A stretch of DNA of 34,426 bases from a virus (taxonomy: Duplodnaviria; Caudoviricetes). Both the position numbers and the translations under genes were made by a program. Of the stretch, positions 8,765 through 19,700 are shown piece after piece (position 1 is the stretch's first letter; the number at the start of each line of letters is the position of its first letter). The DNA is taken from positions 1 through 34,426 of the IMG/VR virus record IMGVR_UViG_3300031965_000102. The stretch is one strand, 5' to 3'. Under the pieces are notes generated by a model that was not told the origin of the DNA, did no database searches, and saw nothing but the letters and a program-made list of their open reading frames with translations.

Positions 8765-8841
8765 GACGGATACCTGCTTGCAGCCCATCTGACACAGGAC
8801 AATACCTGAGATAGCGCCCACCTATATGTGGATACCGTATC
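8765..8841 (+). ncRNA. Structured cis-regulatory RNA in the capsid 5' leader (three hairpins)
   Basis: P1 8765-8789, P2 CAGG/CCTG 8795-8808, P3 8810-8841. GGATACC and GCCC each occur twice, in swapped order. Confidence 0.6.
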
Positions 8842-8881
8842 GAATTAATCATTCTTTACAACACATACAGGAGGACTACTC

Positions 8882-9766
8882 ATGGTAGATTCCATTGACC
8901 AAAATCTAATCATACAATTCTCTGAATTAGTACACGCTGAGGCGCAGCAGATGACTGCACGCTTGAAGCCGTACGTCCAGCTGAAACAAATGACTGGTGA
9001 TGTCTTCGCTTATGATGGCTTAGGCCGCGTTGAGGCAAGGCAAGTATCTGGTCGTAATGTTCCGGCTACTTTTGATGATATAACTCATAACAGACGTAAA
9101 ATCACCCGTAACCGTTTTGTAGTTAACCTTCCGGTTGACGCCTCCGATGTTCGAGGCGCTTTAATTAATCCTGAATCTGAATACGCAAGGGCTATTGCTT
9201 CTGCCGCACTTCGCCAGTATGACCGCACTATTTATGATTGCGCGTTTGCTGACGTGCTGACAGGTCGTGATTTTGAAACTACAGTTACCGCCGCTAATGA
9301 TGGTGTAGTTACGGTAGATGCTACTGCTGGCTTGACATATGAAAAGATTTTGGAGATTAACCAGAACTTCATGGATAACGATGTTGGAACGGAAATGGCT
9401 GAAAAGCTATACGGTACTATCACGGGTGACGAGCATACGCAGTTAATGCAGGAAGAGGAGTTAATTTCTTCTGACTTTAACCGCGCATTCGTTGTTGAAT
9501 CCGGCAAGATTAAACAGGCTTGCGGTATTGACTTAATACCTTTTGCGGCTTCTGTACCTAGCCCGATTATCCCGGTTGCAAGCGCGGAGCGTGAATTATT
9601 ATTTGCCTCTTCTCGTGGTATTTGCCTTGGCATCTCTAAGGAGATGTCAATCAAGATTCAGGAACGTAACGACTTAATCGAGACTACGCAGGTTCAGGTA
9701 GTGTTTGAGATTGGTGCGGTTCGTACTGAGGGTGTATTGGTTCAGAAAGTACGTGTAACAGCATAG
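8882..9766 (+). CDS. Major capsid protein
   Basis: 294 aa, AGGAGG RBS, follows the scaffold. QFS..VH..AQQ...RL N-terminus and GAVRTEG..V C-terminus. Confidence 0.9.
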   Translation: MVDSIDQNLIIQFSELVHAEAQQMTARLKPYVQLKQMTGDVFAYDGLGRVEARQVSGRNVPATFDDITHNRRKITRNRFVVNLPVDASDVRGALINPESEYARAIASAALRQYDRTIYDCAFADVLTGRDFETTVTAANDGVVTVDATAGLTYEKILEINQNFMDNDVGTEMAEKLYGTITGDEHTQLMQEEELISSDFNRAFVVESGKIKQACGIDLIPFAASVPSPIIPVASAERELLFASSRGICLGISKEMSIKIQERNDLIETTQVQVVFEIGAVRTEGVLVQKVRVTA

Positions 9767-9776
9767 GGGGTATATT

Positions 9777-10583
9777 ATGACTGATACAGTCAGAACAAGA
9801 CTTGATGCGCTAGAGTTGGCTACTGTTGGCTTAAGCGCAGCTGAACTAGCGGTGTTGGATGGGGTTACACCCGGAACGGCAACAGCTAGTAAGGCGGTGG
9901 TTTTAGATTCAAGCAAAGGCATTTCAACCATCACTTCTGCGACGATAACCACGCTAACTGCACCAACAATAGCAGGGGATATTACCTTTGCTGATGGTAC
10001 AACTGATGTGGATATTGCATCACATGACGGAACTAATGGATTGCAACTTGGTGGCACGCTGGTAACGGCACTTGCTGCTGATTTGAATATCTTAGATGGT
10101 GTAACAGCAACTACGGCGGAAATTAATGCTGTAGCAGACGCATCAACGCGTATTGTCGTTTCAACGGATGCTGGCACACTGGCTTTAACCAAGGCGTTAC
10201 ATGCCAATCGTATAGTTGATTTCAACGATGCGGACGGGGCAATTTCCCTGCCGGCATCCGCTGGAACTGGCGATATATACGAGGTTTGGTATGGAACGGC
10301 ATGTACTGCTGCTGCTATTACCGTTGCGGCTGGAACGGATGATGAGTTTATTGGCTTTGTATCGGGCGTGGACACTGATGCCGATACCAGCTTACATTAT
10401 CCGGCGTTAGCTGCTGATGATTATGACACTATCAGTTTGGCTGGTGCTACTACTGGCGGTAATGTAGGTGATTGGTTTAGATTCACTGATGTTGGCGCGG
10501 GTATATGGAAAATCGAAGGACATGTAACACAATCGGGCGGTTCAGAAGCTGATCCATTGAGTGACGGTTCTATAACATCTTAA
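9777..10583 (+). CDS. Putative head fibre / decoration protein
   Basis: A/T/G/D-rich, with repeated AAELAVLDGVT / AADLNILDGVTATTAEIN stalk motifs and a beta-rich C-terminal domain. Confidence 0.6.
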   Translation: MTDTVRTRLDALELATVGLSAAELAVLDGVTPGTATASKAVVLDSSKGISTITSATITTLTAPTIAGDITFADGTTDVDIASHDGTNGLQLGGTLVTALAADLNILDGVTATTAEINAVADASTRIVVSTDAGTLALTKALHANRIVDFNDADGAISLPASAGTGDIYEVWYGTACTAAAITVAAGTDDEFIGFVSGVDTDADTSLHYPALAADDYDTISLAGATTGGNVGDWFRFTDVGAGIWKIEGHVTQSGGSEADPLSDGSITS

Positions 10584-10595
10584 AGGAGAATAAAA

Positions 10596-11096
10596 ATGGC
10601 AGTAGTTGATTTATATTCACAGACTGACTTAGAAGCAGGCAATGGGAAGAAATTCCCTTCGCTTAATGGACTTGGTACGCAGACATATACAGCGGTTGGA
10701 ACTGCTGTAGTTGTTTCGGCTGATTCTGATACTTCGGTTTATAGGGTTATTCCTAATATGCCGTCAAACGCAGTGCCTATTAATATTTGTATCCATCACG
10801 GTACAATTACTTCCGGTACTGATTATGACCTTGGTTTGTATAAAACTAACGGTGGTGCGGTTGTGGAAGTTGATATTCTTGCGGATGGGCTTGACCTATC
10901 AACAGCACGCTTGATTGCAGTGTGGAATAACGCTGGCATGACTTCGCTTGATATTGTAAACGGCACTCAAACGCTTGCTACGCTATCAGGACAGACAGAC
11001 CCAGACGCTTCTTATGATATTTGCCTAACTGCAAATACTGTAGGTTCTGCTACGTCAGAAGAAATCCGCGTTACTTTTACATATGCGTTAATATAA
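10596..11096 (+). CDS. Putative capsid decoration protein
   Basis: 166 aa beta-rich protein with AAAGGAG RBS, last gene before a terminator. Confidence 0.65.
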   Translation: MAVVDLYSQTDLEAGNGKKFPSLNGLGTQTYTAVGTAVVVSADSDTSVYRVIPNMPSNAVPINICIHHGTITSGTDYDLGLYKTNGGAVVEVDILADGLDLSTARLIAVWNNAGMTSLDIVNGTQTLATLSGQTDPDASYDICLTANTVGSATSEEIRVTFTYALI

Positions 11097-11104
11097 TAAC
11101 TGAT

Positions 11105-11130
11105 GGAGGGCAGGTAGCCCTCCTTCTTTT
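11105..11130 (+). terminator. Intrinsic terminator closing the capsid operon
   Basis: GGAGGGC-aggta-GCCCTCC followed by TTCTTTT. Confidence 0.85.
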
Positions 11131-11142
11131 AAAGGGGCATTT

Positions 11143-11781
11143 ATGGCTATTGAGTCAAAAACAGATATCTGCAACTTATCGCAAGATTTATTAAGTGGCG
11201 GTGTGGTTCAGGACGTAGATGCCCCTACAAGTCCCACGGAGGAATTGCTTAACCGATGGTACGACCAGTGCCGCAAACAGGCGTTAAGAGAACATCCTTG
11301 GAACTTCGCAGCTAAAAGACAAATAATCGCCGCATCTGCCACAGCTCCTGCGTTCGGATATACCAAAGCCTTTCCGCTTCCCAATGACTTTATAAGATTA
11401 CTTACAATTGAATCCGATGAGGGGCAATTAATACGCCCGGAGAATTACCAGATTGAATCACATGAAGGAGTTAAATCCGTATTAATAACCACGGACGCAA
11501 CAAGTGTAAGGCTTCGGTATGTTTACAATATAGAAGATGTAACAAAATTTGACGCTATGTTTATATCTTATCTGGCTATGACTATAGCACTGGCGACGGC
11601 ATATAAGATTACAGAATCTAACGGAAATGTAGAGAGAATTGCCCAACTCCATAAACAACACGCCGCTATGAGCAAGGCTATTTCAGGACAGGAAAGACCG
11701 CCTACAAGGATAGAGAGAAGCAGAAATAGGGAGGCGAGAACTAACGGCTCTTATAGAAACTCACACAGGATTACATTTTAA
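11143..11781 (+). CDS. Tail tubular protein A / adaptor (T7 gp11-like)
   Basis: DICN..., LREHPWNFA and F.LP.DF.R motifs. Confidence 0.85.
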   Translation: MAIESKTDICNLSQDLLSGGVVQDVDAPTSPTEELLNRWYDQCRKQALREHPWNFAAKRQIIAASATAPAFGYTKAFPLPNDFIRLLTIESDEGQLIRPENYQIESHEGVKSVLITTDATSVRLRYVYNIEDVTKFDAMFISYLAMTIALATAYKITESNGNVERIAQLHKQHAAMSKAISGQERPPTRIERSRNREARTNGSYRNSHRITF

Positions 11782-14087
11782 TGGTTAGTGTAAACGTATC
11801 ATATCCTGATTTCTCCGCAGGGGAAATAAGCCCTAAGATGTACGGTCGTCATGATTTGGCGGCTTTTTATAATGGTGGGCGCAGGGTTGAGAACTTCATA
11901 ACAGAAGTTGCTGGCATGGCTCGCTTCCGTACAGGTTCGATTTATTCCGCAAAGACACAAGGAAACCTAGAGGCTTTCCTGTATACGTTTAATTACAGCG
12001 AGTCCTTATCGTTCATAATGGAGTTTACCGATACTAAATTAAGGTTTTACCGCAGTAGTGGAAGGGTTCACGAAACAGCGCAAGATATTACAGGAGTGAC
12101 TCAAGCTAACCCTGCGGTGGTTACTTATGACGGCGCGGATAACTATTCTAATGGTGATAAAATATTTATTACTGGTGTAGTCGGAATGGTTGAATTAAAT
12201 GGCAACGATTATACAGTTGCCAATGTTAACACTGGTGCAAATACGTTTGAACTATCTGGTGTTAATAGCTCTGCTTTTACTGCGTATTCTTCAGGCGGCA
12301 CAGTGGCGGTTATCACAGAAGTAACTACTCCATTTGCTGCGGCTGATTTACCAGAATTAAAATTCAGCCCTGTAGTTAATGGCGTAATGTATATAGCGCA
12401 TCCTTCTTATAATCCACAAACATTAACATTTACGTCCGCTACAAGTTGGGCGATGGCTAACCACACTCCTACTGCTTTGACGGTGACAGCTGATAACAGA
12501 CCTTCTGCGGTGGGTGTATATGAGCAACGGTTGGTATATGGCGGCTCAAATAATAACCCCAACAGATTATGGTTTTCGAAATCAGGGGATTTTGGAGATT
12601 TTACAACAGGCACAACAGTAACAGACGGTATAGTTTATTCAATAGCCGGTTCTGTAGGAAGGATATTGTGGCTAACGGGAACATCTGACTTTCTGGCTAT
12701 TGGAACTTTAGAAGATGTATTTCAGGTAACGGGCGGTATAGACGATGTGATAACGGTTGATAGCATTTCTGTTAAACCGACTAATTCATTCGGCGTTTCG
12801 GATATGATGCCGATAGATAAAGGCAACCAGATATTACACACGCAAAGCAACAACTTAATATTGCGCTCGTTTGAGTATGACGTTGCCGCTGACGGATATA
12901 GGCCGATAGACAGGAATACGATTGCAGACCATATCACGTCTTCGGGATTAAAGCAGATAGCCTATCAAGAGGGTAGGCCTAATATTATGTGGGCTGTTAA
13001 GAATAATGGTGTTCTGGTGGGAATGACGATAGAGGATTCAGAATCTATATCAGGCTGGCACAGACATACTTCCGATGGTGATATTAAATCCGTTGCAACA
13101 CTCCCGAGGGCTAATGGCTATAATCAATTATGGCAATGCGTAGCGAGAGAGGTTGACGGCTCTACGGTATATTATATCGAGTTCTATTCAGACATTGTTA
13201 ATTACGTTCGCCGTGAAGATTATATATCCGGATTTACTGCCGCTGATAAATTAGTCGATGATGCTATTTACGAGAACTTGTTATTTGAGAATCAGAAGGA
13301 ATATATCCATCTTGATTCGTCCATATCTTATTACGGTGATGAATTGGGTTTAGACGCAAGCGCAACGCTAACCCCAGCGGCAACCACAGGTACGGGCGTT
13401 GAGTTCACAGCCAGTGCTGCGGTGTTTGATTCCTCTATGGTTGGCAGGGAGTTATGGAGAAAGTCCGTAACAGGGGTGGAGATAGGCAGGGCTGAGATTA
13501 CAGATTATACTTCAACTACAGTGGTAGAATGTACTATACTAGAGGACTTTGACGCTACCACCGCAATCCCTGCGGGTGAGTGGTACTTAACTGCGGGTTC
13601 ATTGGCTGGCCTTGACCATTTAGAAGGTGAGGAAGTTTCTGTAGTTACTGACGGCGGACAACATGATATGAAAACCGTTACAGACGGTGCGATTACTTTG
13701 GATGAGCAAGCTTCCGTTGTGCATGTCGGATTGCCTTTTACAGGGTATTTAGAAACTAATGATTTAGAAGGCGGCGGCACTAATGGAGTTGCCCAGACTA
13801 AACGAAAGAATGTCCATGCGGTAGGGTTTAGGTTTTTAGATACTTTATATGCGAAATATGGTACAAGTTATTATAAGTTGAATCAAATAGAAATGCGCTC
13901 TGCCAGTATGAAAATGGATAGACCGCCATTGATGTTCACGGGAGATACGAAAGAAATCTACGCCAATGAAAGCAGCGATAATAATGACGGTGGCTGGAGT
14001 CGGCAAAAGAGGGTGGTGGTTGTGCAAGACCAGCCGTTCCCATGTAATCTACAGTTAATAGTTCCTTATATGAGTGTATCAAATTGA
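11781..14087 (+). CDS. Tail tubular protein B / nozzle (T7 gp12-like) with E1-FCCH-like insert
   Basis: FSAGEISP.MYGR.D start, plus EQRL..GG, WFSKSGDF.DF, GWHRH, GLDHLEGE.V and VGLPF motifs. Confidence 0.88.
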   Translation: MVSVNVSYPDFSAGEISPKMYGRHDLAAFYNGGRRVENFITEVAGMARFRTGSIYSAKTQGNLEAFLYTFNYSESLSFIMEFTDTKLRFYRSSGRVHETAQDITGVTQANPAVVTYDGADNYSNGDKIFITGVVGMVELNGNDYTVANVNTGANTFELSGVNSSAFTAYSSGGTVAVITEVTTPFAAADLPELKFSPVVNGVMYIAHPSYNPQTLTFTSATSWAMANHTPTALTVTADNRPSAVGVYEQRLVYGGSNNNPNRLWFSKSGDFGDFTTGTTVTDGIVYSIAGSVGRILWLTGTSDFLAIGTLEDVFQVTGGIDDVITVDSISVKPTNSFGVSDMMPIDKGNQILHTQSNNLILRSFEYDVAADGYRPIDRNTIADHITSSGLKQIAYQEGRPNIMWAVKNNGVLVGMTIEDSESISGWHRHTSDGDIKSVATLPRANGYNQLWQCVAREVDGSTVYYIEFYSDIVNYVRREDYISGFTAADKLVDDAIYENLLFENQKEYIHLDSSISYYGDELGLDASATLTPAATTGTGVEFTASAAVFDSSMVGRELWRKSVTGVEIGRAEITDYTSTTVVECTILEDFDATTAIPAGEWYLTAGSLAGLDHLEGEEVSVVTDGGQHDMKTVTDGAITLDEQASVVHVGLPFTGYLETNDLEGGGTNGVAQTKRKNVHAVGFRFLDTLYAKYGTSYYKLNQIEMRSASMKMDRPPLMFTGDTKEIYANESSDNNDGGWSRQKRVVVVQDQPFPCNLQLIVPYMSVSN

Positions 14088-14476
14088 AACATAGATATTA
14101 CACAAAAGAAGATTATCCTCAGTTAGTTACTTGGTGGCACGATTGGGGGTGGGATGCTATGCCGGAGGTAGCCCTGCCAAAAACAGGTATAATTATTTCA
14201 AGGGATGGCGTGGATTTGGCGGCTTCATTTATATATGCGACTGATTCGTGTGTGTGTTGGGCTGAAAACTTCATTACCAATAAGAAAGCCCCAAGAGAAT
14301 TGAGAAAAGGCTCGGTTGATTATCTCATTGAGATGACTATCGAGGAGGGCAAAAGACAGGGATTTTTAGTAATGATGTCGTCCGTTCATCATGAAGGGCT
14401 GATAAAAAAGCTGTTAAAAGCCGGATATGATGAGAATGTTGAATCTGGTATGACTAATTTAACGAGGGTTTTGTAA
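14084..14476 (+). CDS. GNAT-like virion assembly protein (T7 gp13 position)
   Basis: 130 aa with a GNAT-like pattern ending LIKKLLKAGY. Supported by synteny. Confidence 0.6.
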   Translation: MKHRYYTKEDYPQLVTWWHDWGWDAMPEVALPKTGIIISRDGVDLAASFIYATDSCVCWAENFITNKKAPRELRKGSVDYLIEMTIEEGKRQGFLVMMSSVHHEGLIKKLLKAGYDENVESGMTNLTRVL

Positions 14477-14919
14477 TGGCGGCAGTAAGCTCATTTGTGT
14501 TGGCGGCTGCGGCTGCGGCTTCCGTTGCCGGTGGTGTTCAGGCGCAGAAAGAGGCAAAGAAGCAAGCTAATCTGGCTATGGAGCAGTCAACAGCGGCGGC
14601 GGCAGAAACTAAACGCCAAACTGATAGAAGTGTAACGTTAGAGGAGCGCAACATAAAAGATACGCAAGACCGCCAGAGGTTAGCTTATCTTGCATCTGGT
14701 GTTACCTTGGAAGGCTCACCCTTATTAAAACTGGAAGAAACACGTAGGCTTGGTGCGGAGAATCTTGAGGAGATACAAAAAGCCGGGGAGGCAGGTTCTG
14801 CGGCTCAATTAGCAGAAGGTAGGATGACAGCACAGGCCGCTAAGTCAAGAGGCAGGCAGGCTTTGATAAGTGGTATAACAGGTGGCGCGAGTTCTGCCGC
14901 TAGAATTGCGGGTAAATAA
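14476..14919 (+). CDS. Internal virion (ejection) protein, gp14-like
   Basis: Ala-rich hydrophobic N-terminus and a Q...Y.ASGV.LEGSP motif. Confidence 0.75.
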   Translation: MAAVSSFVLAAAAAASVAGGVQAQKEAKKQANLAMEQSTAAAAETKRQTDRSVTLEERNIKDTQDRQRLAYLASGVTLEGSPLLKLEETRRLGAENLEEIQKAGEAGSAAQLAEGRMTAQAAKSRGRQALISGITGGASSAARIAGK

Positions 14920-16796
14920 TGAGGATACCAAATTACACAAAAGGATTAGTTTTAGAGAGGGCAACGCCTAATCAGGTTAATCTTGGGCAGATAGAAGCCG
15001 CAGGTGCTGAATTTGGCGGCGCGGCTCAGCTATTGGATTTAGGTGGGCAGGTACGCAAGCAAATGGAGGTAACTAATAGCAGAGTGGCTGCAAATAGTGG
15101 AATCATTAGTAAAAAAACCAACGATATAGAAGCCCGCCAAGGATTACAAGAAAAGTGGCAAGACAGTCCGATAGGATATGCTAAGGCGGCTCAAGACTTA
15201 TACAAGGAAAGAGACGAGGCTATACTGGAGTCTCTACCGGATGACGCTGCGAGGCGGGATTATAAGCTTGAGGCTAGTAAAGTAAACTTACTCCACTTTC
15301 AGAACGATACAACATGGGAGGTGACTCGCTCTGCCGAAGTGTCCACAAATAAGGCCGACCAATCTATAAGAGACCTTGAAACAATGGCGTTTCGGGGAAC
15401 TCCGCTAGAAGAGCTTAAAAGGGATAGGCAGGAGACGACATTCTCTCTGGGCGGTGTATTGGCACAAGACCAGCTTGTGAAATTTGACGAGAAAGCCGAA
15501 CAACGCATTGTTACAGCGTCCATTGAAGGATTGATAGACAGAAACCCTTATGAAGCAAAAGAGGTTCTGGATAGCAGAGAGTATGATTCTGCGCTAGGGG
15601 TTGATAAGTTGTCGTCACTTACCACTAAGGCAGAGAAGGCTATTATAGCGCAAGAGAAGGCTGACCTTGCTCTGGAAGAGAGAAACGATAGTTTTGCGAT
15701 GGTGGGTTTAGCTTTGGACGGGAAAGCCATACTAGACCCTTTCGATAAAGACACAAAGAAAGCTGTTGATACATACTATCAGGAATTTACTGCTGATTTA
15801 CAAACGATGCCCCCACAGGAGCGTTTACAAGCACAATTAGAATTTGTATCTAAAGTGGGTGTTTACCCCCCCGCGATGGAGAGTGCCATATCGGCGCAGC
15901 TCAATAACGGGAGTGCGGAGCAGAAGATACAGGCAGCGGAGTTTATCGACTCTGTAGCGGTTAATAATCCATCTACTGCATTGCAGATAAATGAATCGCA
16001 GAGGGCGAGGGCAAGGAGTATAGTAAGTGGTATAAACGCAGGGCTGCAACCAGCTAAAGCCGTTGAGCAAGCGGAGGCCAATGCTTTCAGGAAGGATACA
16101 CCCGAATATAAACAAAGGCTAGAGAATTTCACCCGTAAGGGCGGTGAGAAGGTGAAGTTTAAAGAGGGTGATTTTACAGAGTTTTTCCGGCGCGACCCGG
16201 GTAGAATACCAGATTCTATGCAGGCTGATTGGGAATTATTGAATCAGAATTATTATATGGAAGGTATGGACGCTTCCGAGGCGGCAAAGCTTGCTACCGA
16301 TACGGTTAAGTCGCAGTGGTCAATCACCAACGCAGACGGAAGTAACCGATGGATGAAGTATTCTCCCGAGTCCGTTTATGGGAATGATGCTGGCAGTGAT
16401 TGGATAAAAGGACAGTTAGAGCATGATATATCTCAAATACCAAGCTTCGTTGAACAGGGTAAAAAGCTGTATCTCGCTGTAGACCCGAGAACTATCAAAT
16501 CGCCGAATAAAGCTTATCAGGTATTCCACAAAGACGATAATGGAGCGTTGCAGCCTTATTTCGCAGAAACGGGGGAGCAAGCTATCTTCGTTCCCGACTT
16601 CAAAGAAAGCCCTGCCTATAAGAAGCTGCTGGAAGAATTTAACGGTGATGCAGAGCGCGCTATGGAGCGCGCAATAATGTTTCGTGATGTCAGGTCGGTA
16701 AAAGAGGAAAAGCGAATACTTAAGAGAAAGCGCAAGGTTGACAGGTCACGCGCCCTTATGGAGAAGGTGGAGGGGTTGTTTGATGCCGATAATTAA
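14919..16796 (+). CDS. Internal virion (ejection) protein, gp15-like
   Basis: 625 aa helical protein starting MRIP.Y. Supported by synteny. Confidence 0.7.
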   Translation: MRIPNYTKGLVLERATPNQVNLGQIEAAGAEFGGAAQLLDLGGQVRKQMEVTNSRVAANSGIISKKTNDIEARQGLQEKWQDSPIGYAKAAQDLYKERDEAILESLPDDAARRDYKLEASKVNLLHFQNDTTWEVTRSAEVSTNKADQSIRDLETMAFRGTPLEELKRDRQETTFSLGGVLAQDQLVKFDEKAEQRIVTASIEGLIDRNPYEAKEVLDSREYDSALGVDKLSSLTTKAEKAIIAQEKADLALEERNDSFAMVGLALDGKAILDPFDKDTKKAVDTYYQEFTADLQTMPPQERLQAQLEFVSKVGVYPPAMESAISAQLNNGSAEQKIQAAEFIDSVAVNNPSTALQINESQRARARSIVSGINAGLQPAKAVEQAEANAFRKDTPEYKQRLENFTRKGGEKVKFKEGDFTEFFRRDPGRIPDSMQADWELLNQNYYMEGMDASEAAKLATDTVKSQWSITNADGSNRWMKYSPESVYGNDAGSDWIKGQLEHDISQIPSFVEQGKKLYLAVDPRTIKSPNKAYQVFHKDDNGALQPYFAETGEQAIFVPDFKESPAYKKLLEEFNGDAERAMERAIMFRDVRSVKEEKRILKRKRKVDRSRALMEKVEGLFDADN

Positions 16797-19700
16797 TCAT
16801 AGTGAAGTGGGGCAAAGTTTTACACCGGGATTCCGTGCCGAGCCAGAGGAGGTTAAACACGAGCCGGAAGCGAGGGATGTTTTTAGGGCTGCATTCGAGC
16901 GTGAGAACACAATAGGTTCGGCACTACAGACAGTTAGGGGCACTGCCTTTGACTCTACGTTTAACCCGTTTGATAGCTTGGAGGGTTATGAGGATAAGGC
17001 CACTAGTTTTGCTTATGCGAACACACCGGAAGAGGTCGCTGGGATTAAGGCTAAAATTGATAAAGAGCGCGATAATGAGAGGTTGCTGCAAGATGCCGGG
17101 ACGTTAGGGTTTGTAGCTGGCATGACTGCTGGTATATTCGACCCTATAAACCTTATTCCGATTGGCGGTGCGGCTTATAAATCTTACACTATGGGCGGGA
17201 GTATATTAAAAGGAGCCGCCAATACCGCGAGAGCCGGGCTAATATCTGCTACGGCGGCTGAGGCCGCATTGCACGCCACGCAGGAAACCAGAACGCTAGG
17301 AGAAAGTGCGGTTAATGTGGCAGGTGCTACATTGCTATCCGGCGTGCTAGGCGGTGCGGTTGGCTATGTGGGCGGAAGAAATCTAGGTAAATTAGGCAAA
17401 CAGATTGAAGATGATTTGGTAGTTCCAAGACCTGACGAGGCAGATATCGGAGAGCCTAACAGCGTTATATTAGGCGGCTCAGTTGGTGCGGCGGCGGTTC
17501 GTAGCACTACATTAGCAGAGGAAGCATTAAGTAAGGCTTGGGGTTTAGAAAAAGGGATGGCGAGGCTTAACCCTAAATTAAGGCTGTCCACGTCACCATC
17601 GGTTGAGGCTAGAAGATACGCTCAGGATATTATGGAAACCCCGTTCTTTTATGAAAAGAATGACGCTGGAATTGCTAATCCTATAGCTATCGAAACTATT
17701 GTTGCTATGCAGGATGCGCGTGCGGCGAAGGTTATAGACATTCAAAACAGCACTTTTACTAAATATAAAAAACGCGCAAAAGCAGATGGTGCTGACTCGC
17801 TGCCCTATCTGGAGTTCAAGCAGGAAATATCAAAAGCATTAAGAAGAAGTGATACCCACGCTATACCGGAAGTGCAGGAGATGGCGAAGGCTTATCGTAG
17901 AGAAATATTTGACCCCATGAAAGAGGCGGCTATCAAGGTCGGATTGCTGCCCGAAGATGTTAAAACCACAACGGCTGATAGTTACTTGTACCGATGGTGG
18001 GATAAGCAGATAGTGGCGGCCAGAAGGAACGAATTGCGTCCTATTATCTTGGATAGCCTAAGGGCCGACCTTGGCAAAACCATAAAGAAGTTTGATGTTG
18101 GCACTGATATTAAGGCCAGAAATATTCAATCTGAAATAGATGAATTATCAATGGCGGGACTGAGAGACGATACCGGGTTTGTGGAAGGCGGGAAAGATAT
18201 AACCGAAGCGGAGATATTAGATGCGATACGGCAATTAAAGTCTCCACCCAAGAAACCCGAAACTTTAATATCGTTTCTACATAAATCCGGTGGCTTAGTA
18301 GATAGCGGGGGGGAGTTAAAGCATATAGGGCTGACGAACAAAGCAAGACCCGGCTTTGTTCGCAAGAGTGGGATGAATTTTGACGATGCTGCTTTGAAGG
18401 CTTGGGAGGACGGGTTCTTTCCTCATCTTCAAGAGCGTCCTGATATAGAAGATTTACTCGGGGCTATCAGAGATGATTACACTGGTAATCTGGTGGTTCG
18501 TGAGTCCGACAGGGGCTATGCACAAGAGCTTGAGAGGCTGGCTGATATCCAGCGCGGCCTTGATGAGTTGGGTGTGGATATAGATAAGTTCAAAGGCGTA
18601 AGGCGTATAGATTCCAATGTTGATATAGAGAAATTAAAAAGCAGTGTTAACAAAATACAGGCAGAAAGGCGATTACAGAGGATAGAAGATTTAAAAGGCC
18701 GCTCTGTAGAGCTATCGGCTTCTCGTGCTGAAATTAGGGCGACGCAGTTGGATTTGTCCGAAGATGAACTGTCAATGATTGTAGATAATATTATTGATAA
18801 TATCCTCGGTGGCGCAGATACAAGAATACCTTATGACCTACCGCTTGCAGCGCGTGGACCACTAAAAGAGCGTGTGTTAAATTTTGTGCGCGATGATGCC
18901 GTTGAGAGCTTTCTGGTAAACGATGCGGAGGCTGTAGCAAGGCAGTTTCTTAGAACAATGGCTCCTGATATAGCCATTAAGGAAAGGTTCGGGGATTTAA
19001 ATATCATCGGTAAAGACGGTATTATAACCCAAAAGATTAACGATGGTTATAACGCCTTAATTGATAATGCTAAAACAGATAAGGAAAGGGTGAGGCTTGA
19101 GAAGCTCAAGAAGTCTGATATGCGAGATATTGAGGCGGTTGTTAATCAGATACGTGGGACATATGGCATACCCGAAAATCCCGATTCCGTTATTGTCCGT
19201 TCAGGACGGGCGATTAGAAATCTGAATTATATTAGCAAACTTGGTGGAGTTACGCTTTCATCTATTCCTGATGTGGGGCGTGCTGTCATGGTGCATGGCA
19301 TGATGAGGACTCTGGGTGATGGGATAGTTCCCCTTGTTACCAAGTTCAAAGCATTTAAGCTGTCGGCAAGGGAAGTCAAAGAGGCTGGCACTGCATTGGA
19401 CATGACCTTAAACACAAGGGCTTTAACTATAGCGGAATTGAACGACCCATACGTTAGGGGTAATAGATTTGAAAAGGGGTTGCAGAATCTATCAAATACG
19501 TTCGGTAAGTTTACTTTAATGGCTCCATGGAATACAGCGTTGAAGCAATTTTCAGGGGTTATTACTCAAGGCAGGATTATAGATTCTGTTGCTAAGAGCG
19601 TTAAAGGAGCTATTAAGCCTAAGGACGCGCGTTATCTTAATATGGTTGGTATAGATGTTAACATGGCAGGCAGGATTGCTAAACAGTTAGAAGCGCATGG

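Noticed and set aside
9750-9780. T7 gp10B-like capsid frameshift or readthrough into the next gene
   Set aside because: Readthrough hits TGA after five codons. The next gene's frame has TAA at 9756, there is no slippery site, and it has its own RBS.
9674-10375. 233-aa antisense ORF and similar shadows (6737, 9232, 20679, 29758, 33520)
   Set aside because: They lie opposite well-supported genes, have no motifs, and are explained by codon bias.
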